Positions 37,506-48,012 of a stretch of 64,000 bases of DNA are shown here, piece after piece (position 1 is the stretch's first letter; each line of letters begins with the position of its first letter). The stretch comes from Marsupella aquatica. Taxonomy: Eukaryota > Plantae > Marchantiophyta. Under the pieces are notes generated by a model. The model was not told the DNA's origin, did not search any database, and saw only the letters and a program-made list of their open reading frames with translations. Both the position numbers and the translations under genes were made by a program. Where the stretch lies: positions 19,106,168-19,170,167 of the forward strand of contig OZ316897.1 of assembly GCA_973895155.1 (NCBI GenBank), given 5' to 3'.

Positions 37506-38812
37506 ACAAATTGGTACTCCACAATGCTTCTAAAGCAATTGCATTACAAGAACCTAGAAAGGATCATAAGGCAACCGGAGCAAAGACCCGGTATGCAGTT
37601 CAAGTCCTTAGTTCCCTTTACGGACTCAAACAGAGTGGACGTACATGGTACCACAGATTCAAAAATCAAATGATATCCATGGGATATAAGAATTCTGAAA
37701 TAGCTCCTTGCTTATTTATAAAGCATGAAGGACCTAAATTCATAATCATCGCTATATATGTTGATGACCTCAACCTCCTTGGTACGAAAAAGATGATGAA
37801 TGAGTCAATGCAAACACTAAAAAGCGTTTTTGAAATGAGAGACATGGGCAGAACTTCTTATTGCATTGGACTCCAATTTGAACATTTGGAAAAAGGCATT
37901 CTTTTACACCAAACTACTTACACAAAGAAAATATTACAACAATTCAGAATGAATATGTTGAAGCCTGTTAAATCCCCCATGGACATCCGTACCCTTGATA
38001 AGGATAAGGATATGTTTAGAAAAAGAGAAGAATTCGAACCTATATTAGGTTCAGATATGCCATACCTTTCGGCTATCGGTGCTCTTATGTTTTTATCTAA
38101 TCAAACAAGACCAGACATAGCATTTTCTGTCAACCTACTGGCGAGACATAGTTCTCAACCCACTATAAGACATTGGAACGGGCTAAAACGGATTTTCAGA
38201 TACCTTAATGGTACATCCGACCTCGGCCTATATTTTCCTAATGAGGATAACCATAAGTTGACAGGATATGTTGACGCCGGATACCTTTCTGATCCACATG
38301 ACGGTAGATCCCAAACAGGATATATATTCTTAATGGGATCAACACCAATATCTTGGAGAAGTACTAAGCAAACACTTGCAACCACTTCTTCAAACCATTC
38401 AGAAATTATTGCCCTTTATGAGGCTACTAGAGAATGTTTATGGCTAAGGCAAGTAATAGACCATATTCTTATTCAAACAGGTAAACAAAACTTAACCATG
38501 CCTACAACTATATTTGAAGACAATATGTCATGCATCACTCAAATCAAATCAGGATTTATAAAAGGTGAACGCACAAAACATATTGCACCCAAGTTCTTTT
38601 TCTCACATGAACAACAAGGAAAAGACATCGACATACAATGGATTTCAGGAGAAAAGAACCTGGCCGACATCCTAACAAAATCTCTACCCCCATCTACTCA
38701 TAGAACACTAACTCACCTCTTGGGGATGCGAAGTCTTAAGAAACTGATGCAGGATTCTAACATTGAGGGGGAGAATGGATTTTTCTACAACAACACTATT
38801 GAAGATGAATGA
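37502..38812 (+). CDS. Copia RT C-terminal part and RNase H
   Basis: SLYGLKQSG, YVDD, YLSAIGAL, TRPDI, GYVDA, SEIIA, FEDN, RTKHI and NLADILTK. Confidence 0.95.
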   Translation: MNKLVLHNASKAIALQEPRKDHKATGAKTRYAVQVLSSLYGLKQSGRTWYHRFKNQMISMGYKNSEIAPCLFIKHEGPKFIIIAIYVDDLNLLGTKKMMNESMQTLKSVFEMRDMGRTSYCIGLQFEHLEKGILLHQTTYTKKILQQFRMNMLKPVKSPMDIRTLDKDKDMFRKREEFEPILGSDMPYLSAIGALMFLSNQTRPDIAFSVNLLARHSSQPTIRHWNGLKRIFRYLNGTSDLGLYFPNEDNHKLTGYVDAGYLSDPHDGRSQTGYIFLMGSTPISWRSTKQTLATTSSNHSEIIALYEATRECLWLRQVIDHILIQTGKQNLTMPTTIFEDNMSCITQIKSGFIKGERTKHIAPKFFFSHEQQGKDIDIQWISGEKNLADILTKSLPPSTHRTLTHLLGMRSLKKLMQDSNIEGENGFFYNNTIEDE

Positions 38813-39179
38813 CTACTTACTATGAAGAAGCAAACCATCAATACTACCACAAAGGAGATCAAGACATTCTCAAGAACATCAATAACTCACATACACTACA
38901 ATGAAGACAATGGAGACAACAACCCCTATGGAGCTTAACAACATAGAAAACACAATTAAACCAGTATTGTACTCTAGATCTTACATACATACAAAATAGA
39001 TCATACAAAAGAGATGGAAGGTGACAATACTCTTTCCTTCCATGATGTTAGTAGGGAAGGTTTTAATGAGGTTGCACCTCCATCATCTCACAATATAACA
39101 TAGGTAGAAGATATCTAACTGATAGCAACTTAGATTGGTTGTTATAATTTCATCAAAAACTATAACACCCAAGGGGGAG

Positions 39180-39314
39180 TGTTATACCCTAACTAGGATT
39201 AGATATCTTAACCCGAGTTAAGATCTAACCAAGATCTAACTCAACTACCTCATGTATATATATTGGACACATGAATAAGATTCATTACATTGTTGGAGCA
39301 TATGGTTTGTAACA
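39180..39314 (+). repeat. 3' LTR
   Basis: Preceded by the PPT (39171-39179) and followed by TSD TTATC. Confidence 0.98.
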
Positions 39315-39359
39315 TTATCTACAATCAATGAGATTTGACAACAAACTATCACTTGCTTG

Positions 39360-39777
39360 TTGGACAGAGACCATCTCCATCCAAGTCATAACCAAAAGTA
39401 AAAGGAAGAGAAATATCTGGAATGGATGATCACACTCTTGGACAGAGATCATCTCCATCCAAGTCATAACCAAAAGTAAAAGGAAGAGAAATCTTTGGAA
39501 TGGACGATGACACTCTTGGACAGAGATCATCTCCATCCAAGTCATAACCAAAAGTAGTTCAAGGAAGAGAAATCTCTAGAATGGACGATCACACTCTTGG
39601 ACAGAGATCATCTCCATCCAAGTCATAACCAAAAGTAGAAGGAAGAGAAATCTCTAGAATGGACGATCACACTCTTGGACAAAGACCATCTCCATCCAAG
39701 TCATAACTAGAAATATATTGAACTAAAATCAATGTAACGGACGGTCACACTCTTGGACAGAGACCATCTCTGTCCAA
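39360..39777. repeat. ~78-bp intronic tandem repeat built on a 25-bp palindrome
   Basis: Units start at about 39360, 39438, 39516, 39597, 39676 and 39753, each with TTGGACAGAGA-NNN-TCTC(C/T)(A/G)TCCAA. Confidence 0.9.
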
Positions 39778-42294
39778 ACAAGAAAAATGTTTCTCACTCT
39801 TGAAATTTTTGATTCTCTTGGGCGTTTGACTTGTTGTCCTTGTGCTTTGGCTTTCTTGGTCCTCCGCATTCAAGGAATTGTTTCCTTGCATGAACAATTG
39901 TATCTTTGAAGCACGATTGAAACACCATCGTCGAATTGATGGCATTTTATCTCATTGACTGCTCAACCAATATAGCCGATGGTGTAAGGTCTGACAATAA
40001 TCTAGACTTCTTGTATTTTAACTTTTTTGCCAACACTATGAGCTTGGCATCGATCAGTTTTGGCCCATTCGAGAACCCACTTGGCCGCCCTAGCCGAATG
40101 TTGCCCACTGATGGCAAAGAAACCAATCTTGCCTTTCTTCACTCCTGCAAGAAAGTCTTTGTGGTCGTTCTCCGTGCTGTCAAAATGGAGCAACTTTCTA
40201 AGCTTCGAACTATAAGGAAGCAGGTCCGCAACGTGAGGTTCATGTCCGGGGTTTTTGACCATGGATTCGGCTATGTGCTTCACATGGGTACTACTGAGCA
40301 TCCTATAACATAATCTTACAGGTGCAGGCACAATTTTCTCCACTGGAATAGAAAACAGTTCATTTATCCCAAAAGTATAGTACTGCTCTATTCTCTAGAG
40401 AACATAATTTCCTTCTAAGACCTTCTTCTCCTCAGGGGCATCAAGTTTGTCTCCCTCATCTTCTGGGAGCATCTGTACGTCCGTAGGGGTTGACCGCAAA
40501 AGAGACTTGTTAGTTTTGTGTTTCTTCGCTACTGGCTTCTTCTTGGGTTCCTTCGGCAATGTCTCAATTTTCTTGTGACCCTTCCTCTCTCTTAGTCTTC
40601 GCTTCCCTATCACTTGTTTGGTGCTTGTCCCAGCCGTTGTTCCTGCAGTCCCTGTTGTTGTCTCCTGAGATATTTTTCTAGGTTTGGGAACTTCTTTGTT
40701 AACAACTACTGGAAGCTTGTTCACCACTACTGGTGCAACATTTTTAGGCTTGGGTAATGATTCTACCCACTTTTTTGCATTATCCATCACAAACTCCTCT
40801 GCAAATGCAATTTGCTTGTCAAGGCAAACACCTGATTCCAAAGATAGGAATCCTGCCTTGTCGAGAAAATTATTTAAAATCCATGTCACCGGAAATGTAT
40901 AATTCCCTTGGTGTTTATGGATATTCAGCTTCACATATTGAAACCCATACATGATGTCAAGTGGAAGAATCCCCTTCACTCCAGCAATCACCTTTTGAGT
41001 TGAATACGACTTAGGGAAAAAGCCCATTGCCATCATGCCAAGTTCTCCAGCAGCAGACCACTCAACATTGAACTTTGAAGAATACGCCTTTGATGGTAGA
41101 TGTAGCTTAACCCATCGTATCCTTTCATGGAGCTCAAGAATGTCTGACGGAAACAAACCCTCTTCCTTCAATTCCAATGAAGACTACAGGTCCGAGTACA
41201 AGAGTCTCTTGATCTTCTGTTCTGACCTTTATGCACAAAATGGGATCCCGTCTCTCTGACGTGCTAAGGAAATCAAAATCAACTCTAGAGAACTCAAGGC
41301 CCCAACAAAAATCTGGTTTGCTCTGCTCCAACAAGACTCCCTTGGAGCAATCTGATTCTGAAATTGCTGGTTTCAATCCATTTAGATCGCTCCCTGCAAT
41401 AGTCCCATCCATGCATATTAGTTTGGAAAATCTTAATTTGTAATCGACAAAGATGAGGTTCTCTCACAGTTTGGACAGAGATGATCCCTATCCAATTGGA
41501 CAGGGATGATCTCTATCCTCTACTTGGATAGGGATGCACTACTACATATTGGCCCCTTTTGTGAAGCTTTTTTTTATGCCGGGATGGTCTTGCGATGTCA
41601 TCGACTTCAGATATTTTGTGATCAAACATGCATCACATGCAATAAACCATGCTCAAAGGTTTGCAACATAGTGTTGCGAAGCTAAATACCTCGCAATTTG
41701 TTTGAGATCGGATTGAATTCGCAACTCTTTCAGATACTATTTGTCTTGCAAAGTATTTGTGGATCCGCGACCATCGCGACTGCATTTGGATCTCTTTTGT
41801 TTCATAATTTAGCGATAATAATGTACTCAAATATATCTTGTGAACCTATTAGCTTCGCACAATATTGTGAAGTATAAATAGTCGCAAGTTACCGAAGCCA
41901 GTTGATTCGCAAAGTTGAGAACCCATTGGCATCACAATTACCGATGGTGTGTTATTCACAAAGTGTTCAGAAGTTGCTTCTTGACAAGCTTGAAAATGTT
42001 TTGCAAAGAGAGTTGTTTGAAAAGTTTGTAGAATGGAAATGTTTGAGAGAGTTTCTTTACAAGATGGAGAATGCATGTGTTTAGGTTATAGCTAGGGTTT
42101 TCAAAAAGGTGGCATGCATGAGGATAGCTTTGGAAATGGCTAGGGTTGCATATATAACAGTGAGATGAAATTTCAAAGTCCAATTAAGTGTTTGTAAAAC
42201 AAAAGAAGAAAATTAATATGTTAATATAAATAAAACCATGATAGTTAGTTTAGGGTCAAATTCTGGGCCCACAACAAGTTTTACTACTAGTGCA

Positions 42295-45200
42295 TCAAAC
42301 CTGGTCCTCATCCTCTCCTCCATTTGACACAATAATAACGTCAGGGTTTTCCGAGATAATGGAATGGGACCGTGGCACATACGGTATAACAACTGACCAC
42401 TCTGGGTTTGGTGGGTACGGAATATAGAAACATTGCTCAAGGTGACTTGGGAATGTAAATGGTTCAGATGTTTGCCAATGAGATGGTTGAAAGTTAGTTG
42501 CTGATGTCTTCAGTCGAGTAAACCCACACTCATCAAGAAGTACCGTGCGATTATCACCAACCAGGTGAATTTTGAACCACTTACACTTGAAGACATACTC
42601 TTCAAATTTGGAATCGGCATCATAGGATATGATCAAGATCTCCTCAATCTTCCCATAGTGAGGCACCACATCTCTGATCACATTAGTGTCATGACGGCTA
42701 CTTTGTGAATCTTGCATGAACTGCCCTTGAACTCCACAATCAAAAGTTCTTCCCCTCTTCTCATCAAGGTCAGAAATCTTGAAATGCCTCCCTTGTGTCC
42801 ACATTGTAGTTCTGGTCTGAACAAGTCTTAAAGGACCATGAACAATTGTTCAAACCTCAGGAGTCATATCTGGAAAATGTGATACATTCTCACCTTGGGC
42901 CACCATAGCATCCAACTGATGTACTTTCTCCTTCATATACTCAAGGAACTTTGGAAAGATCCTTGGGCGATGACTCTCCCTCTTGGCATCCTCATAAAAC
43001 TCTCTCCAATCTTCCATCACATTGCTGTTACTCAACATGAAAGTACTAACCTGTGTCAACTCCACTGCGGTTAGTAAGCATGTTTTTTTTGCACCTGTTA
43101 AACGGTCCTCCTCCACTTCCCTGAGCTCTTCCATCCATTCAAGTGCGTGGACAACTAGGATCAATGGTAGCTAAGATGTTACTACAATAAAACATACTCT
43201 CAGCTGCCAAGTATCCAGTTGCCATGCTCCCCTCCACTCGTGCACGGTTCCGTACATAAGCCTTTAACACGGCCATATACCTTTCCAACCAATACATCCA
43301 CCTACAATGCACCGGACCGGCAATGGTAACCTCCCTCACAAGATGAACAAGAAGATGCACCTAACAATCAAAGAAGGAAGGAGGGAGGGCCTTCTCCAAC
43401 TTGCATACCACCTCTGCTGCCAATACCTCCATCCGTGGTATCTCTTCTTCATATATTTCCTTTGAGCATATCCATCTCAACAAAGTGCCCAGTGACCAAA
43501 GGGCGTCTTGCACTTCTTCACTCCCCAAACCTATGATTGCCACAGGAAGTATATGTTGTAGTAAACGATGATAGTCATGTGTCTTGAGATACATTGGCCA
43601 TTTATGATTGTCCTCCATCCCAAAAGCCTTACGTAGATTGGCACCATAGCCTGTAGGAAACCGCATCTGCCCTATGCGTTGTTGAAACTCTCTTCTTTTA
43701 CCAACACTCAAAACCCATGGAGCTGAAGGACAATGTTCCATCCCTGTGGATTCATCAGCTTTATCCATACATCTGGATGTCATTCTAGATCCTGGCATGC
43801 CTCCCTAAAATTAATGTTCTTTTCCCCATAAAAGTGCTTGATCAAAGCCTTCCCAACATTTCTCTCTATATGCATTGGGTCTAACAAGTGATGAATCTTC
43901 AACTCAGGCCAATAGGGCAAAGTGGCCAGTATACTCCACCTTGTCAATCCACTACCATCAAATCCCATGGCATCTTCAGGATCTGCCACCCTATCAGCTA
44001 TGGATTTCCAATACGAAAATGTTGTGCGATCAGGTATCTCACACTCATCACCATTAATTGATCATGTCAAAGTCTAAAAACAAAAGTGGGTCAGACCTCA
44101 TGTGATGCCCAAGTGGAAGAAACTTGGTATGACCAAGGTAGATTATCTTGTGCAGCCATTTTGAGTACTTGGCCATATCGTGAAGGCTTGGACCACAAGT
44201 GGAGCATGCCTTGTACCCTTGAGTTTGGAACCCAAAAACAAACCCAAACCCTGCTCACAAAATAACATTCTCAATTAGAGTCAAAGGAATTGAAAAGTTC
44301 ATGTACATAGAATTAAAAAGGACTTCCTTCCAAACAAACTTGATCTCCAATACATGAAAAAAATACAAATCCATACCACTCACCTGGATAGTCATGCATG
44401 GTCCACATAATGATTCCCTTCAATTGGAAGACACGTGGTAACCCTCCTGTAGTTGTCCGACCATCATATGCCCATACACCCCCCCATAATTTATGGAGTT
44501 CCCCAACCAAGAGCGCCAAGTAGGTGTCCATGTTTTTTTACCTTAGATGGACCTGGGATAATCAATGATAGCAATAAGAATCCCTTTTTCATGGACAACC
44601 ATGGGGGAAGGTTGTAATTCATAACAACCACCGGCCAAACCAAAGTAGGGCGCCCTTTCCCTCCAAGGGAGTGTGGGCTCACCCCATCTGATGCCAACCC
44701 CAACCTCACATGACGAGGGTCACGTGCAAACTCTGGCCATTGTGACTCCACATGCTTGTGAGCAGGGAAATCAACTGGCAACCGCATGACACCGGCCTCT
44801 GATCGATGTGTCTTATGCCATACCATCAATTCTGCCAAGTCAGAACATCGGTACATGTGCAACAATCGAGGAATAATAGGAAACCAACGAACAACTTTTC
44901 TAGGCACCTTTGAGGTCAACATGTTGGTTTCATATCGAGGCTCTTGACAAATTGGACACTCAGTTGCGCTGGCATTGGTCTCATGATAGAGAATGCAGTC
45001 ATTCACACAAGCATGAATGATATGGTATTCCATGCCAATGGATGATAGAACCCTCTTTGCCTCCTTCCAAGTTCCTGGCAACACATTTTCACTGGGTAAC
45101 AAGAGATCATGGCAAATTGCAAACAAATCCGATAGTTTTGCCTGAAGATTCATCAATGCCAAGATGGCAGATAGTCTATTCAAAAGAGCACCCCCATAAA

Positions 45201-46864
45201 TAGGTGTTCTAGCATGTGCCTCAGCTTCTTCCCATTGTTTTTGTCCTTCAGGTGTACGTTGAGGCCTTGGATCATGTGCAACATTTGGTGGAGGATCTCC
45301 TTCATTGGGTGGGACACCTCCTTCACCACCAATGTCTACACCAAACCAATCTGTCATGAAGTCATCCATGGCTGACTCTTGGTCTTGCATGACCTCATAA
45401 TCTGTCCGAGGTGCCCCTTCATCTAGACTGTCATTATCATTGTCACTTGATGAGAAATCTGCTGATGATGTTTCCCCGTCTTGTGGCAAGCCCATTTCTT
45501 GATATGTAGCTCTCAACCTCCTTGGCAACAAATTTTGACTAGGCCGCACATTCTATAGACAATACAATAAAGCATTCACAATGAAATTAACTCCAAATAT
45601 AGTAGTGCTTGAAACATATTATTAACAATATAAAAAGAACATGTCATTACAAAACATACATTCACATACGATGAACGTATAATACATGTCCCTAAAGTAA
45701 TCCTAATCCCATTCATAATGTGTAAACAACTCCTCTCCAGCTAGAATGGTCCTATTAGCTACAACTAGACAATGGTCATGATGATATCTCTGCCCATAAG
45801 GGGCTGGAGGGGGACCATCAACAAAAACCCATTCACAGTTTTTCCTACGCTTAGGCCGGGTCCCCACAATACTGTTGATGAAACCGGCAATATTTCCACT
45901 ACGGATGGGATCACCATCAATTATACGCTGGTCACAATACTTTCTATTGCAACCATCAAAAGTATCCATGTCCAATGCATAAGTCTTCCACTCAGGGTGT
46001 TGAACAAGGATCATGTTCCAATGTCTCCTCTTGTAAATGGGTCCATCATACGGGAACAACGTTGGTCCATCCGAAGAGCGCCCTTTTCCACCCATATCAT
46101 CCACAATAATGTCCTGACAAGAGAAAATCCCATACCCATGCCTCTCCCCTAGGGTCAAACTCTTGACAACCCAACGTCTTCCCCAAACTTCTATCTCCTC
46201 ACCATAGGTTATATCACATGGCAAACCAAGGCACTCCGGATTCCAATCCTTTATGATAGGAACACACTTCCCTGTGAAGGTACAAGGGCCCCATCTACCA
46301 TCAACCCTACAAGTGTACTGATCCACTTCCCCTCTAGGCTGTCTTTTTGACTTTTTTTTCCCTCTTGTAACAATACCGTCACCCTGAATTATCCCAACAC
46401 TACCTTGCCCTGCTGCCACTAAACGAAAAGCTTGTGAAAGTGCCGAGCCTATAGCATCTAGAACTCCTTGTGAGGGAACATAGGGTGTTGGTGTAGTGGG
46501 TGTAGGCCTACTGGATACCTATAGGAAGAAATGGAACCAAGTGAGTGTGATGAACCTCCCAAATTTTATTTTATGCTACCTAGCAAGATTTACAAAATAA
46601 AATGGAAATCACAGTAAGTTTACAACTCACCATACGGGATGAAGAAGCTCCCGGTGTAAGACCTCGATGTTGGCCATATCGAGCAATGTGCTCTGCACAT
46701 ACATATGACTTTTGGACAACCATCCCCACACATTTTTTACAACCACAAAGTTGGCGTGGTGGACCACTAGGTTGACGTACGGTTGGTTCAGGCTGAGGAG
46801 GAGGACGACTTTCTTCATCGGAAGAGGAATCTGATGTGGTGGAAGTTGTAGAGGATGAAGACAT
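42295..46864 (-). pseudogene. TnpD/Tnp2 transposase of CACTA-2
   Basis: Same motifs as 5943-10657, with several frameshifts and stops. Confidence 0.92.
45703..46518 (-). CDS. SET-domain exon inside CACTA-2 (frame open)
   Basis: HGYGIFS, IIDGDPIRSGNIAGFINS, KNCEW and VVANRTILAGEELFTHYEWD*. 816 nt, the same length as in CACTA-1. Confidence 0.82.
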   Translation of the reverse strand, partial: VSSRPTPTTPTPYVPSQGVLDAIGSALSQAFRLVAAGQGSVGIIQGDGIVTRGKKKSKRQPRGEVDQYTCRVDGRWGPCTFTGKCVPIIKDWNPECLGLPCDITYGEEIEVWGRRWVVKSLTLGERHGYGIFSCQDIIVDDMGGKGRSSDGPTLFPYDGPIYKRRHWNMILVQHPEWKTYALDMDTFDGCNRKYCDQRIIDGDPIRSGNIAGFINSIVGTRPKRRKNCEWVFVDGPPPAPYGQRYHHDHCLVVANRTILAGEELFTHYEWD

Positions 46865-47334
46865 CTGACAAGTATAGCAATTGGAAGGTGATTAGTAAAA
46901 ACTTCACCAAAACCATCATTGATAATCCCTACCTAAACATATTAGAAAGAATTGACAGAAAAATACCTTTATGAGACCCCGGCTTACACTAGTGGAAAAT
47001 AGTGTCCTTAATGACTAGAACGAGGACTGACAAACGAGTCATATGTACCAATATATGACTAGAGCTTTTCTGTCATACCTGCCTCGTCTTTTAGGACAGT
47101 CAATTAAGACAAATGACTAAAACTCTCACCAGTCATTTATGGTAGTCCTAAATGACACAATATTTCTGAAATGACATGTTGTCCTAAATGACTGAATGAA
47201 CGGCCGTCAGTCATTTAGGCATGTCTTTAATGACACATATTTAAACAAATCATATTACAACATGTGGCAACTACGCACGGTTGTCATTATATGTCATTTC
47301 AGACATGTCATAAATGACACAATAATAAATCATT

Positions 47335-47670
47335 TAAGGTGTCATTTAGTGTGTCATTGAAGGTATCATACATGGTGTCATTAAAAATGTCATATAAGGT
47401 GTCATACAAGGTGTCATTGAGGGTGTCATATAGGGTGTCATTGAGGGTGTCATACAAGGTATCATTGAGGGTGTCAATAGGGTGTCATTGAGGGTGTCAT
47501 ACATGGTGTCATTGAGGGTGTCATATATGGTGTCATTGAGGGTGTCATACATGATGTCATTGAGGGTGTCATACATGGTGTCATACAGGGTGTCATTGAG
47601 GGTGTCATATATGGTGTCATTGAGAATGTCATTGAGGGTGTCATACAAGGTGCTTTTAAGTAATGTCATT
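47335..47670. repeat. 12-bp GGTGTCATNNNN subterminal tandem array
   Basis: More than 20 copies of GTGTCAT at 12-bp spacing. Confidence 0.95.
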
Positions 47671-48012
47671 TGGGATGTATCTAAGAAGAGCTCATAGTTA
47701 TATTCAAAATCACATACAATGAATCCACTTAAAACTCTAAACAAAGACATCACTTTGCGCATCATCATTGTATTCAGAAATTCACACTCCAACATTCACA
47801 AGCTCTAATATAGAATAATTGAAAAAACAGAAGTCATCATTGTATTCAGAAATTCACATTCCAACATTCACAAGCTCTAGTATAGAACAATTGAAAAAAC
47901 ATAAGTCTTTATGATAAAGGGATAGAAAGTACACATTTTTCACTCGCATGAGTGAAACAATGGTAACCAAAATATTCAAAAATTCTCTATTCTACATGAT
48001 TAGAGAAAATGT

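Larger units (their letters stand above)
32947..39314 (+). mobile_element. Ty1/copia LTR retrotransposon, Bianca-like, full length and very recent
   Basis: Identical 135-bp TG...CA LTRs, TSD TTATC (32942-32946 / 39315-39319), PBS CGTTATCAGCACGA, PPT AAGGGGGAG, and gag-PR-INT-RT-RH domain order. Confidence 0.98.
30539..41412 (-). pseudogene. ParB/Srx-like + beta-class N6/N4 DNA methyltransferase-like gene (copy 2), with the copia element in an intron
   Basis: ParB-like YRMLSSTHVKHIAESM...FFAISGQHSARAA (40343-40002). MTase-like PLAIVDF...EYGSYY...IEEVIFAG...NPHAKPTWMIQKIIQTLSEPGDLILDFFSGGQVMKASLFSQRECF (32366-31500). Confidence 0.78.
41537..46986 (-). mobile_element. CACTA-2, relative of CACTA-1 (left arm; the rest is displaced by CACTA-3)
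   Basis: Terminus CACTACTACATATTGGCCCCTTTTG is homologous to the CACTA-1 end. Expected TSD ATG. Collinear Tnp2 and SET exons. Homology to CACTA-1 breaks off exactly at 46986. Confidence 0.9.

Noticed and set aside
39360-39777. Regularly spaced palindromic repeats suggesting a CRISPR array
   Set aside because: The intervening sequences are repeated too (no unique spacers), there are no cas genes, and the context is a eukaryotic intron.
47346-47795. Repetitive ORFs (YDTLNDT..., SLRVSYMV...)
   Set aside because: Translation artefacts of the 12-bp subterminal array.
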